A stretch of 64,000 nt of DNA, taken from Desulfovibrionaceae bacterium. GTDB lineage: Bacteria; Desulfobacterota; Desulfovibrionia; Desulfovibrionales; Desulfovibrionaceae. Below, piece by piece: positions 29,300-39,350 of this stretch. The stretch covers positions 104,364 through 168,363 of the forward strand of contig JAVBMT010000023.1 in the NCBI GenBank assembly GCA_031552195.1. The letters are read 5' to 3'. The notes beneath the pieces were generated by a model. That model was not told the DNA's origin and searched no databases. It was given only the letters and a program-made list of their open reading frames with translations. Position numbers and translations under genes: made by a program. Position 1 is the stretch's first letter. Each line of letters opens with the position of its first letter.

Positions 29300-29348
29300 A
29301 AAATTTTTCTCCAATTCTGAACAGCGCTGAACTTTGGAAAACTCGTCC

Positions 29349-31595
29349 ATGAAATGGACGCGCGAAAAACAAGCTACCGCTTCAACGGAACCGGAAAGCG
29401 CATCAAATTCCGGGATGAAAGCTGAGCCTGCCCGTGAACCGAGGCGCCGCCGTAAAGAAATGATAATGGCGGCAATAGCCGGTTTTTTCGCGCTGGCCTT
29501 CCTGCTGGTTCAGATGTTCCAGATCGGCAGCGGGCAGGTATTTCTGGCCCTGTTCAATCTTAACGTCGTAATTTTGCTCGGCATAATTTTCGTTGTGCTG
29601 CGCAACGGGCTGAAACTCCTGCTGGAGCGGCGGCGCGGCGTTCTCGGCTCGCACCTGCGCACCCGTCTGGTTCTTTCCTTCACCACCATGACCCTGGTTC
29701 CCTGCCTGCTCATGTTTCTGGTTACCGCCCAGTTTGTGAAGCAGTCTTTTGATTTCTGGTTCAAAAACCAGATTGAAACCTCCATGGACACGGCCCTTGA
29801 AATCGGGCGGAACGCTTATGACAAAGCAGGGAAACGCCTGCGCCTGCAATCCGAGCACACCCTGAAAGAAATACGCGAGCGCCGCTTTGTCTGGGGAGGA
29901 CAGGGCATGAAAGGCCTTCTTGAAAACAAGAACGCGGAGTATGACCTGGCCCTGATCGGAGTGCTCACCCCAGACCTTGAGGAACGCAGCTGGCTGTCCG
30001 AGCCGAATGTCGGAAATTCATGGCGTGCCGTAAAAAACAGCATTTCCTGGGCCACGGTTCATGAACAGGGCTATGTGTACATGATGGGGCACGGCCCGAG
30101 CGATGATTTCATGTACGGCATTCTGGCGGTTGATAACGGCAAAACCGGCTATCTGGTGTTATGCGAGAACATGGGCGCCGGCTTCAAGGAAAAACTTGAC
30201 CGCATTGTGGCCGGAACCGGAGAATACAAAAACCTGCGGAACATCAAACGCCCGCTTAAATCCATGCTTTACGTCACCCTTGGCGTTCTGACCAGCCTTA
30301 TAACCATGGGCACCATCTGGTTCGCCTTCCGGGTGGCCAAGGAGCTGTCCGCCCCGATAATGGCCCTGGTGGAAGCCACGGAAAAAATAGCAACGGGCGA
30401 CCTCAACGTAAAACTGGACGAAAGAGCCACGGATGAACTCGGGCTGCTGGTCAAGTCCTTCAACAGCATGGCCGAAGAACTCAGGGAAAACCGCCGGGAA
30501 CTTACGGGCGCGAACGCCCTTCTTGAAAACCAGAACACCAACCTCATCCAGCACAGGCAATATATAGAAACAGTGCTGAATAACATCACAGCCGGAGTCG
30601 CCACCTTTGACCCGGCCTGGAAACTGAGCACGGTGAACAACGCGGCCTGCCGCATGTTCAACATGACCCCTGAAGAGGTGCAGCAACGCGAAGTTACCGA
30701 CTTCCTGCCGCCCCACTACGCCCCCATGGTCACGGAAATAGGGCGCAAGCTGCGCCGCCGCCCGGACGCCCATATCCAGCACCAGTTCACCTTGCACGCC
30801 AAAGGAAACGACCTGCGCCTTCTGCTGACCATAGTCTCTTTGCCCTATGTGAACGGAGAACCCCAAGGCTGCGTCGCGGTGTTCGAAGACATCACCGAAC
30901 TGGAAAAAATGCAGCGCATGTCGGCCTGGCGAGAGGTAGCCAAACGCATCGCCCATGAAATAAAAAATCCGCTGACGCCGATCAAGCTTTCCGCTCAGAG
31001 GCTGGAACGGAAATTTTCCGCCAAGGTTGGCGACCCGGTTTTCACGCAAAGCACCCAGCTTATCGTGCGCGAGGTTGAACACCTTCAATCCATGGTGCAG
31101 GAGTTTTCCACTTTCGCGAAAATACCGGAAGTGAAACCCGTCACCTCAGATTTGCGCCCCTTCCTGCAGGAACTGGTGCAAACTTTCAACAACAGCCATT
31201 CCGGCATAAACTGGCAATTGCTGGTAAATGAACCGGAAGAAGGGCTGCCGCCGGTGCTCATGGATAAAAACGCCATGCACCGCGCCATGCTGAATATTAT
31301 GACCAACGCGGCCGAGGCGCTGGAAGGGCGCGAAAACCCGGAAGTCAAAATCAGCGCATGGTATCTGCCGGAAACGGATATGGCGCGCGTGGAAGTGAGC
31401 GACAACGGCCCCGGCTTAAGCGAAGAAGAGAGAAAGCAGATTTTCGAACCGTATTTCACGCGCAAGAAGTCCGGTACGGGGCTTGGCCTTACCATCGTGA
31501 AATCAATCATAGCCGACCACAACGGCTACATACAGGCGGGAAAAAATGCGGAAGGCGGCCTGTACATGGCCATAGACATTCCCGTTGCCGGGTGA
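29349..31595 (+). CDS. NtrY-like sensor histidine kinase (TM, HAMP, PAS, HisKA, HATPase_c)
   Basis: The H-box is AHEIKNPLTPIKLSAQRLERKF. The HAMP region is ELSAPIMALVEATEKIATGDLNVKL. The G-boxes are DNGPGL and GTGLGLTIVKSII. The first ATG is at 29349; the TTG at 29334 is also possible. Confidence 0.85.
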   Translation: MKWTREKQATASTEPESASNSGMKAEPAREPRRRRKEMIMAAIAGFFALAFLLVQMFQIGSGQVFLALFNLNVVILLGIIFVVLRNGLKLLLERRRGVLGSHLRTRLVLSFTTMTLVPCLLMFLVTAQFVKQSFDFWFKNQIETSMDTALEIGRNAYDKAGKRLRLQSEHTLKEIRERRFVWGGQGMKGLLENKNAEYDLALIGVLTPDLEERSWLSEPNVGNSWRAVKNSISWATVHEQGYVYMMGHGPSDDFMYGILAVDNGKTGYLVLCENMGAGFKEKLDRIVAGTGEYKNLRNIKRPLKSMLYVTLGVLTSLITMGTIWFAFRVAKELSAPIMALVEATEKIATGDLNVKLDERATDELGLLVKSFNSMAEELRENRRELTGANALLENQNTNLIQHRQYIETVLNNITAGVATFDPAWKLSTVNNAACRMFNMTPEEVQQREVTDFLPPHYAPMVTEIGRKLRRRPDAHIQHQFTLHAKGNDLRLLLTIVSLPYVNGEPQGCVAVFEDITELEKMQRMSAWREVAKRIAHEIKNPLTPIKLSAQRLERKFSAKVGDPVFTQSTQLIVREVEHLQSMVQEFSTFAKIPEVKPVTSDLRPFLQELVQTFNNSHSGINWQLLVNEPEEGLPPVLMDKNAMHRAMLNIMTNAAEALEGRENPEVKISAWYLPETDMARVEVSDNGPGLSEEERKQIFEPYFTRKKSGTGLGLTIVKSIIADHNGYIQAGKNAEGGLYMAIDIPVAG

Positions 31596-31597
31596 AT

Positions 31598-31963
31598 ATG
31601 ACCGCCGACATAGTAGACTTTTACGCCGTAAAAATACGGGAAGTGCGGAAGTTGCTGAGGGAATGCGGCAAAATTATCTCTTACGCCACGCTTCTTTGCG
31701 GCGAAGAAGCCCGCGAGGAAGACGCGGACGTGATTTATGAATGGATAAAGGCCAATTATCCTGGCGAACTGGCTTCGCTTGCACAAACTTTCATGCAGGG
31801 CGTCGAAGACGCCCGACGCAAAATATTCAAAACAGACGCCGGGCATAACCTGCAAGATGACCCACAGACGATGTTGTGGCTTAAAATGATGAAAATGCAA
31901 TGCCCGCGCATTAAAGCCATGAAATATTCTCTGCTGGCCGATTTTAAAACTTTTTCCGCCTGA
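31598..31963 (+). CDS. Hypothetical 121-aa protein
   Basis: An ATG lies 2 nt after the kinase stop. The part of the track ORF upstream of that point (31358-31597) overlaps the kinase in another frame and is discarded. I see no recognisable motif. Confidence 0.5.
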   Translation: MTADIVDFYAVKIREVRKLLRECGKIISYATLLCGEEAREEDADVIYEWIKANYPGELASLAQTFMQGVEDARRKIFKTDAGHNLQDDPQTMLWLKMMKMQCPRIKAMKYSLLADFKTFSA

Positions 31964-31986
31964 AGCTGAAAAATTAGGAAACCTAC

Positions 31987-33423
31987 ATGACAAACGACAT
32001 AGCCGGCGCGGCCGCTGAAGCCCGCACCCTCCCGAAACCGGGCGATATCTTCGAGCTTACCGTTTCAGACCTCACGGTCGAGGGCGGGGCCATGGCCCGC
32101 CATAACGGGCTGGTATTTTTTCTTGACCGGGGCCTGCCTGAGGAAAAGCTCAAGGCCCGCGTTGAAAGCGTGACGCCGCGCTTCGCCAGGGCGAGCGTCC
32201 TGGAAACCGTAACCCCTTCGCCCCATTCCGCCGAACCGTTTTGCGAACACTTCGGAAATTGCGGCGGCTGCGCCTGGCAGAACCTTGCCTATCAGGCCCA
32301 GCTGGACTGGAAAACCCGGCAGATAAAGGAAAACCTGAAACGCCTGGGCCGGGTTGATTATGAAACCGGGCTGGAGGTTCTGGAAAAACTTGAGGTGCTG
32401 CCTTCGCCGGAACTTGCCGGATTTCGCAACAAGATGGAATATGTTTTCGCCCGGGCGGAAAACCGGCAAACCGTTCTCGGCTTGCGCCACCGGGGCCTGC
32501 GCAGCGTTGAGCCGATAAAAGAATGCAAGATGCAATCGCCGCTTGTTGCGGAGGTTCTGCGTGAAGTGAAAAACTGGGCCGACGAACATTCGCTTCAGGC
32601 CTGGAACGAAAAAGAAGGCGAACTGCGTTTTCTCGTAATACGCGAACAGCGTTTTACGCCCGTGGAAGACGGAGTTGCCCGCAAGCAGCTGGCCGTGGAA
32701 CTGATCAGCGGTCCCAAACCGCCGGAAGCGGCCCTGGCGCGCGAACTGGGCAAAAGGCTTGAAGCTTTGGGCGCAAGCAGCTTCACGCACTCCGCGCGGC
32801 GTGATAAAAATCCGCTGGCTTTCGGGGAAAAAATTCTCTTCAGCCAAGGTCAGGAGTATATATACGAACAATTCGGCCAAGACGTGCTGGCCGCGCCGGT
32901 CAGCGGATTCATGCAGACAAACGGCGCGGCGGCGGCCTTGCTGCGCGGCGCCGTGCAGGAGCTGTTCAGCAGTTCGGGCTTCGGCCGGGTGGAAACTCTT
33001 TGGGACGTTTATTGCGGTTCCGGATTTTTCGGTCTGGCGCTGGCGAAAAACACCGGCAAGCTGGTCGGTTTCGAGCAGGATAAAAAAGCCGTGCGCGCGG
33101 CCCGGAAAAACGCCCTGGACCTCGGCCTGGAAAACTGCCGCTTTTGGGACGGAGATGCGGAACAGCGTCTGCGGGAAGAAAAAAGCGAACCGCAGTGTAT
33201 TGTCGTTGACCCGCCCAGAGCCGGCCTTAGCGAAAAAGTTTGTGAAATTCTGCGGCATAAAAGGCCGCGAGCCATCATTTACGTTTCCTGCGCTCCGGCC
33301 ACGCTGGCCCGCGACCTGGCCCGCCTGTCGCCCCAATATCGCCTGTCCGGCCTTAAGGCCGTGGATATGTTCCCGCACACCCCTCATGTTGAGTGCGTCG
33401 CCCTGCTTGAAAAACGCCCCTGA
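31987..33423 (+). CDS. 23S rRNA (uracil-C5)-methyltransferase, RlmD/RumA family (TRAM domain plus 4Fe-4S plus SAM MTase)
   Basis: There is an N-terminal TRAM-like region. The cluster cysteines are CEHFGNCGGCAWQNL. The SAM-binding/catalytic motifs are VVDPPRAGL and YVSCAPATLARDL. Confidence 0.85.
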   Translation: MTNDIAGAAAEARTLPKPGDIFELTVSDLTVEGGAMARHNGLVFFLDRGLPEEKLKARVESVTPRFARASVLETVTPSPHSAEPFCEHFGNCGGCAWQNLAYQAQLDWKTRQIKENLKRLGRVDYETGLEVLEKLEVLPSPELAGFRNKMEYVFARAENRQTVLGLRHRGLRSVEPIKECKMQSPLVAEVLREVKNWADEHSLQAWNEKEGELRFLVIREQRFTPVEDGVARKQLAVELISGPKPPEAALARELGKRLEALGASSFTHSARRDKNPLAFGEKILFSQGQEYIYEQFGQDVLAAPVSGFMQTNGAAAALLRGAVQELFSSSGFGRVETLWDVYCGSGFFGLALAKNTGKLVGFEQDKKAVRAARKNALDLGLENCRFWDGDAEQRLREEKSEPQCIVVDPPRAGLSEKVCEILRHKRPRAIIYVSCAPATLARDLARLSPQYRLSGLKAVDMFPHTPHVECVALLEKRP

Positions 33424-33457
33424 ACCGTCCTTAGGCCAAAGGCGCGCCTGAAACAGG

Positions 33458-36400
33458 CTATTCTTCAACCTTGATAGTGTTCGGCGCGCTGCGGCCGAAC
33501 ACCTCAGGGGCGTACATCTGCTCCGCCCGCGCTCCCGGAGCGCAAAAAATTCCGGGAGCGGCCGCGCGTAACTTGTATTTATAAACATATACGCCAGGTT
33601 GCAGATTTTCAGCATAGAGCAGCAAGCCCTTATCGCGCATTTCCCGCCTTTGCCAGGGGTAAGCGCTCTGCTTCGCGTCTATTTCCGCCATATCCGCGCG
33701 AGTGGCGTGCAAAGGTTCCAACCCGGCCGGAAACGGATCATGCAAAAGCACATGCCCGCTGCCGGCCGGAACGTTCAAAGTTAAAGAAACTTCCACCACT
33801 TCGCCCATGCGATAGCTTCCGGAACCGGAAAACGCGCGCGACAGGCTGAGCCCGGCGTTTTCCGCCCGCGCTTCCAAAGAAGGCGAAGCGTACACAAGCC
33901 GCGCCGTCCAATATGGCTTGCCCTGAACGGCTTCCAGTTCAAGAATTTTAGCTCCTGCCGCTTTTTGCCCGCCCCTCCGCAATTCCTCAGACGGCAAGGT
34001 CCAGATTTGCGGAGGGTCTACAAGACGATTGAAATTTTTATTCATGCCCGGGCCGCCGTTCCAGGCCGCCCGCATTTCCACCGGCCGGTCGCCGCCCAAA
34101 GTTTCAAGCCAGGCGGCCAGGCCGAATACTCCGTAAACAGCTTCCTGCGTGGAAAGGATATCTTTTTCGCCAAGCCCCTGGCTCAGCCAGAAAGCCAGCC
34201 CCTCCAACTTCGGATAATCAGGTTTGCACACGTTTAGCGCCTGCAGCACGAATCCGTTATCGCGCAGATTAGACCCCATGGAAGCGGAAAAGCCGGCCCC
34301 GGCCCGCGCCGCGAAATGCAGCTGGGTTGGCGTTACAACCGCGCTTTTGCCGAGAATTTCCAGCAACCCGTCTTCAGTGAAAATGCCGGAGCCGGTTTTT
34401 ATTCCCTTCCGTTCCAGTTCCCGCCCGGCCAGCATCAGGGCGGCGACGGCGAACGGCCCGGCCTTTTTCTTTTCTCCGGTAATTTCGGCGCACAAGGCTG
34501 CGATTCCCGCGCGGGCGAATTCCGCATGATCCGGCCTGGAGGCCAGAAGATACAAGCCAAAGGCCCGCGAATCTCCGTCAAGCCCGGCCGGAATTTTATC
34601 CAGATTATCGCGCAAATAGGCGTAGGCCCGTTTGGCGGAATCTTCAGGAAGTCCGGGCAAATCCAGCCCAAAGTCCCTTATACGCTCTCCGGCCCAAAGC
34701 ACGTAAGAGGTCAGATAGAAATCAGAACGGTCAAGTTCCTGCCACAAGGCGAACCCGCCGTCTTCCTTCTGAAACAGTGCAACAGAGGCCAAAGTTTCAG
34801 CCACGCGCGCCCGGTCTTCCGGGTCCGGCGCAAGGCCGAGCAACGCCCCGTGCTTCAGGCGCAAAGATCTTACCATGGCGCGGGAAACGCGCTGCTCAAG
34901 GCAGTGCCAGGGGTAATCAATTACCGATTGGGCGGCCAGAGGAAGCCCGGCCGCCGGGGAAGGCGCGAACACAACGTCAAGGCGGCTGCGGCCGTCCAAC
35001 GGCAACGGCGGGTTTACCGGAAGCTCATATTTCCCGCCAAGGTCCAACATCCCGGCGGCCGCCACCGTGGTCAGCGGCAATGCGCCCTGCACGGATAACG
35101 GGAATAGCGCCCGGTCTTTTTCACCGTGCGGCCTTTTCACGCTGTTGAAGCGCAGGATGCCGGATACCTGAACAGACCACTCGCCCGGACGCTCCGCAAC
35201 AAGAGGAAAACGCGCCAGCCCGCTCTCGCCGGCCTTAAGCTTTATAACACGCGCGGTTTCTCCTTCCAGCCGCAAGCCGCTTTTTTCCGGCAACGACAAT
35301 TCAACTGTAACCTCGCCCGCTTCTTCATCAAGGTTCTGCACAAGAATGCCCGCTTCAAGCCTGTCGCCTTCCGTCAAAAAACGAGGAAAGGCCGGAAGCA
35401 ACTGCAGCGGTTTGGAAGCGACGATCTCTTTTTCGGCCAGAGCGAAGCCGGCCGCCTTGTCAGCCGCGATGCCCACCACACGATAAGCGGTCAAGGAATC
35501 CGGCAAAGTGAAAGAAGTATTGAGCCTGCCCTTGTCATCCGTCTCCGCCTGGGCCAGCCAGAATACGTCCGGGGAGAAATTTTCCCGCAAAACGGCTTCC
35601 GCTCCGCTCTTGCGCTCCGCATTCATTTCAACCGACGCCGAAGTGGCCATGGGGTAACTCTTGAAGGTCGCGCCTGTTCCATTCCTCCGCAAGCGGCGCA
35701 CGTCGTCCCGGCGAAGCAGATTCTGGCGCGTGTCGCTTGAAACGACGTCATGCAGCCATAAAGGCCGGAAGGAAACCGAGGGGTCATAACCGGCACGTTC
35801 TCCGGCGGCGCGCAAGATGCGCGCGTCAACAGCCAGAAGCGTTATTTCAGCCTTTTCGCCCTTGCCCTGCCCGTCATGGACCCGCACATCGGCCTTTACG
35901 GCCTCGCCCGGCAGATACCGGTCTTTATCAGTGGCAAGTTCCACCACCTTTCCGGCGTTTTCACCCTTCTGCCTGATCAAGGTTGAAGCCATAAAGACTT
36001 CGGGGTTTACGCCATTTTCCGGTTCAGGGGTGTTCGGGCCCGGTTTTTCCATGGCGGAGCGCGTTTCCTGCTTTATCAAAATAACGGAAAAATAGCCGTA
36101 AGGGGCCATTTTTTCAGTAACGGGCAGGCTCAGCAGGGCGGCGGGGCCGCGCAACTCGGTCAGGCCGCTCTCATAGACGCCGTTCCGCTCAAAAGACGTC
36201 AGGGCCAGAAAAACGTCGTGCTCTCCGGCATTCGGGTTTTTTACCACAATATTGGCTGTTTCGCCTGGGACATATTCATCTTTATCCGCGATCAGCTCTA
36301 CAAATTTTTCGCCGCGAACGCCGCCCCACTCCAGGTCCGGACCAGGAATAAAGATGACAGCGCGTGTGAGATTGCTCCTACCGGCGGAGTCGGCCACTTC

Positions 36401-39118
36401 GGCGCTTATACGGTAAACTCCGCTTTTCTCCAGGGTAAAAGGCACTGTGTCGCCGGAAGGGTTTTGCAAAACATGGCCCTGTTCCCAAACCGGATTTTCT
36501 TCATAATCGTTCAGTTTTGCGTTAAAACGCTCCGCCTTGAGAGACACCGCCACCCCGGTCAGCGGCTTGTCATCGTAACTCGCCCCTTTCAGCTCAAGCG
36601 CGATCTGTTTTCCAGGAGCCTGACCGTATGGCAGGCGCAAGCCGATATAGTTTTCCGAAGGGTGCAGCAGGAAAGACCCAGCGGCCTGGCTGGCCAGTCC
36701 GGAAGTATCTGTCACCGAGGCCTCCAGGGAAATAGCCAGGGGCCGCCCCGGCTTCACTTCCACCTTGGGCAAATGAAACAGCGCTCCGCTCCTGTCATCC
36801 AGCTTATTCCTCAGTTCCCCGAGATGTTCAGGCGCGGGCGGGCGGTGAAAAACCGCCGGAAAACGCCCTTCAGCGACATCGCCGGTATGGTACCCGGCCA
36901 GAGATTCAGGCGTGAAAGCGGAAGGCGAAGACCACAGCGTTAGAACGGCCTCCGCCCCGGACAGGGAAGCGCCGGAAAAGTACGCGCCGGAAAGTTCCGC
37001 CGCCAGCCCGCCGGGCCGCGTCTCACCGGCCGTAACCGGACCGGAAGGCGGAAGCGTAAGTTCAACCTTGAAATCGGGCGGACGGAAAGACGCCACCGTA
37101 AAAGCATGGCCGTGCATTGACCAGGAATCGCCGTTCAGTGGGCGCAGGCTGAAATTGTATCCGCCAAGCTCAGCTTCAGGCGGCAGGGCGAAAGAAGACG
37201 CGCAAGAGCCATATTCGCTTACCGTAACGTCTTCGCTATGCTCAAGCTTGCCGCGCCTGTTTCTTATTTCCAGGCGCAATTTTTCCCCAAGAGGCAGGGC
37301 GCGCCAACCGTGGCGGTCAGGCTCTCCCTCCGCCGTTTTCATTTCCGCGAATTCACGCGCGTAAATCACGCTGCGCACAGTTTCACCCGGTTGGTACAAG
37401 GGCAACTGGCTGAGCATATGCGCGGCTCTGGGAATATTTTCCAGCTCGCGGCGGCGGCCTGAATCCGCAAGGGCGAAAACTTGGTCGTCATCCTTGCGCG
37501 CCAGCAGATAAAGCGAACCCGTTTCCGGCAGGGAACCCAGCCCCGGCAAAACGGAAAGCCCTTTGCCGTCCGTAACGCCGCGCCACAGTTCGCCGGATTT
37601 TTCCCCAAACAGGGCCAGTTCAGCTCCGGCCACGGGTTTGCCGTCTTGCAAGCCTGTCACCATGGCCAACCCGGATTTTGAACCGGTTTTGACGGAAAGC
37701 GCCAGGTCGCTGACGTTAAGGCTCCGCAACTGGATTTCCCGCTCTCCTTTCCCCCGCCCGGCGAAAGGTGACGGATAGCTCAACTCAAGCAGCACAACCC
37801 CGCCGCGCGTGTCGCCGAACAAATTTTCCATAGACTGCCTGTGCGTTATATGCTCATTGCGGCGGGTTGCAAAATCAAGGCGCAGTTTTTTTTCTTCCGC
37901 TCCGGGCGGAAGAGGGGCGGCAAAACTGAACAACGCCTCGCGGTTCCCTCCAAGCAAGGCCGGAAGCTGTCCGCGCGGGAAAAAACGCGCCCTGATATCC
38001 ATAAATCCTATATTACACAAGCTGATCGGGTAAATAGCGCCTTGCCGCGCCTCCATTACCGTTCCGGAAGGGGCATGCAGAAAAGGCGCGTAATCTCCGG
38101 TGCGGAAAGAATGGGAAAAGTCCTTATTCGTCACCCCGCCGTAAGCATCTTTAAGGCCTGGCCGGAGCGCGAGTTCATATTTCACGCCTGGTTTCCATTC
38201 GTAGAAGAGAGAATGAAATCTGCTTTCAGGTTCTCCGTTTTCATCAGGTTTTTCCCGCAAAAGTTCGGCTTCCGGACGTATTGAAAGATATTTCAAAACC
38301 TCGGATAAAGATACCGGAGTGCTGAACTCAATCAAAAGCGGGCTTTCGGGTTTCACAACGCCCTTGCCGCTTTTCCGGGCGTCAAATGGTTCAAGGCTCC
38401 AATTTTTTACGGATGGGAACGGGTAACTTTTCAATATGAATGAAAAAGGCCCGGACGGAGTGACCCCCTGTTTCGGACGTATGCCCCCACCAACCGAAAG
38501 CGCGAGTTCGCGTTCCGGCGGAAGTTTCGCTTTCACCCGCAAGGCATACGCGCCGTTTTCGTAATCGTTGAACTCCAGGGGTAAAGCCGCGCCGTCAAGG
38601 ATCAGCCTGGTCTTGGCTTTCAAATCGTCAAAATTCAGTTCATGATTGGAATAAAGGAAAATTTCACCGCCTTCAGGCGGAAGATAGGCTTCTCCGGAAA
38701 TGGATGAGGCTATTTTTATCGGCGGGGTATTTATCCTCCAGGCGTATGCCTCTTGCAAGACGTTTCCGTTCAACGCTCTGGCCCCGGAGGCGACAAGAGC
38801 CTCAATCTCCACCGGACCGCGAACGGGTTCGTCAAAATAATAGGCCAGCGTGGAAGGATCAACCCAGCGGAATTGCCCGGCGGGAAGGCTTCCGCCCTTA
38901 ACTCTCAGCTTAAGCGGTGCATTTTCCGCGCTTTCCTCCATAACGCCCAGCGGGCGCATATCTTCGGTGAAACGCACGGTAATGCCCGCAACATGGTCCA
39001 CTTCGCCGGAAGGACTGGAAAAAGCGATGCCAAGGTCGGAAGATCCGGCGGCCGCCTGGACGGAAGGCACGACGCACAGAAAAACCAAAGACAGTAAAAA
39101 GACATAGAAATCGCGCAT
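33458..39118 (-). CDS. Alpha-2-macroglobulin family protein (1886 aa) with an intact thioester motif
   Basis: The Sec signal is MRDFYVFLLSLVFLCVVPSVQAAAG. It has long beta-rich MG-domain-like sequence. The thioester CLEQ (DYPWHCLEQRVSRA) is encoded at 34892-34903, and a TED-like alpha-helical region follows. Confidence 0.85.
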   Translation of the reverse strand: MRDFYVFLLSLVFLCVVPSVQAAAGSSDLGIAFSSPSGEVDHVAGITVRFTEDMRPLGVMEESAENAPLKLRVKGGSLPAGQFRWVDPSTLAYYFDEPVRGPVEIEALVASGARALNGNVLQEAYAWRINTPPIKIASSISGEAYLPPEGGEIFLYSNHELNFDDLKAKTRLILDGAALPLEFNDYENGAYALRVKAKLPPERELALSVGGGIRPKQGVTPSGPFSFILKSYPFPSVKNWSLEPFDARKSGKGVVKPESPLLIEFSTPVSLSEVLKYLSIRPEAELLREKPDENGEPESRFHSLFYEWKPGVKYELALRPGLKDAYGGVTNKDFSHSFRTGDYAPFLHAPSGTVMEARQGAIYPISLCNIGFMDIRARFFPRGQLPALLGGNREALFSFAAPLPPGAEEKKLRLDFATRRNEHITHRQSMENLFGDTRGGVVLLELSYPSPFAGRGKGEREIQLRSLNVSDLALSVKTGSKSGLAMVTGLQDGKPVAGAELALFGEKSGELWRGVTDGKGLSVLPGLGSLPETGSLYLLARKDDDQVFALADSGRRRELENIPRAAHMLSQLPLYQPGETVRSVIYAREFAEMKTAEGEPDRHGWRALPLGEKLRLEIRNRRGKLEHSEDVTVSEYGSCASSFALPPEAELGGYNFSLRPLNGDSWSMHGHAFTVASFRPPDFKVELTLPPSGPVTAGETRPGGLAAELSGAYFSGASLSGAEAVLTLWSSPSAFTPESLAGYHTGDVAEGRFPAVFHRPPAPEHLGELRNKLDDRSGALFHLPKVEVKPGRPLAISLEASVTDTSGLASQAAGSFLLHPSENYIGLRLPYGQAPGKQIALELKGASYDDKPLTGVAVSLKAERFNAKLNDYEENPVWEQGHVLQNPSGDTVPFTLEKSGVYRISAEVADSAGRSNLTRAVIFIPGPDLEWGGVRGEKFVELIADKDEYVPGETANIVVKNPNAGEHDVFLALTSFERNGVYESGLTELRGPAALLSLPVTEKMAPYGYFSVILIKQETRSAMEKPGPNTPEPENGVNPEVFMASTLIRQKGENAGKVVELATDKDRYLPGEAVKADVRVHDGQGKGEKAEITLLAVDARILRAAGERAGYDPSVSFRPLWLHDVVSSDTRQNLLRRDDVRRLRRNGTGATFKSYPMATSASVEMNAERKSGAEAVLRENFSPDVFWLAQAETDDKGRLNTSFTLPDSLTAYRVVGIAADKAAGFALAEKEIVASKPLQLLPAFPRFLTEGDRLEAGILVQNLDEEAGEVTVELSLPEKSGLRLEGETARVIKLKAGESGLARFPLVAERPGEWSVQVSGILRFNSVKRPHGEKDRALFPLSVQGALPLTTVAAAGMLDLGGKYELPVNPPLPLDGRSRLDVVFAPSPAAGLPLAAQSVIDYPWHCLEQRVSRAMVRSLRLKHGALLGLAPDPEDRARVAETLASVALFQKEDGGFALWQELDRSDFYLTSYVLWAGERIRDFGLDLPGLPEDSAKRAYAYLRDNLDKIPAGLDGDSRAFGLYLLASRPDHAEFARAGIAALCAEITGEKKKAGPFAVAALMLAGRELERKGIKTGSGIFTEDGLLEILGKSAVVTPTQLHFAARAGAGFSASMGSNLRDNGFVLQALNVCKPDYPKLEGLAFWLSQGLGEKDILSTQEAVYGVFGLAAWLETLGGDRPVEMRAAWNGGPGMNKNFNRLVDPPQIWTLPSEELRRGGQKAAGAKILELEAVQGKPYWTARLVYASPSLEARAENAGLSLSRAFSGSGSYRMGEVVEVSLTLNVPAGSGHVLLHDPFPAGLEPLHATRADMAEIDAKQSAYPWQRREMRDKGLLLYAENLQPGVYVYKYKLRAAAPGIFCAPGARAEQMYAPEVFGRSAPNTIKVEE

Positions 39119-39322
39119 GATACCTCACCGCCTGGACACAGGTTCTACGAAAACGAACAGAAAAGTAACCGTGTTCTTTCAATAGCCTCTTATAAAAAAT
39201 ATGCCAAGAAGCCCAGGGCGCCGCCGAAACGCGCACGGCGCGCAAGCCTTGTTCACTTGCGCCCAAGGCGTTGCACGGGTCCAGCGCCGGTGGTTTAAAT
39301 TTTTTATTTCAGCATGCCGCGC

Positions 39323-39350
39323 TTGACTGGACGAACCATTAAGCTATAGT
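39323..39350 (+). promoter_or_regulatory. Candidate sigma70 promoter upstream of prsT
   Basis: It reads TTGACT-N16-TATAGT and lies about 210 nt upstream of the prsT ATG, which implies a long 5' leader. Confidence 0.3.

Noticed and set aside
33440-33449. Palindrome AGGCGCGCCT in the 34-nt gap between the convergent methyltransferase and A2M genes, considered as a shared terminator
   Set aside because: It is a loop-less 10-bp palindrome with no U-tract and is too short to form a stable terminator hairpin.
32065-33615. A 516-aa ORF antisense to the RlmD/RumA-like gene. Similar long antisense ORFs occur at 19740-20879, 59142-60224, 39685-40716, 25423-26415, 11470-12363, 27818-28651, 30159-31088, 17576-18466, 6572-7339, 41380-42129, 24356-25078 and 53045-53731.
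   Set aside because: Each lies fully opposite a gene with clear family motifs. Their translations are Arg/Gly/Ala/Pro-rich low-complexity sequence with no motifs. Such stop-free antisense frames are expected in GC-biased coding DNA.
35950-36060. The PEP tripeptide inside the A2M protein (NTPEPENG), considered as a PEP-CTERM sorting signal
   Set aside because: It is internal and is not followed by a C-terminal TM helix and basic cluster. No ORF in the window ends with a PEP-CTERM-type tail.
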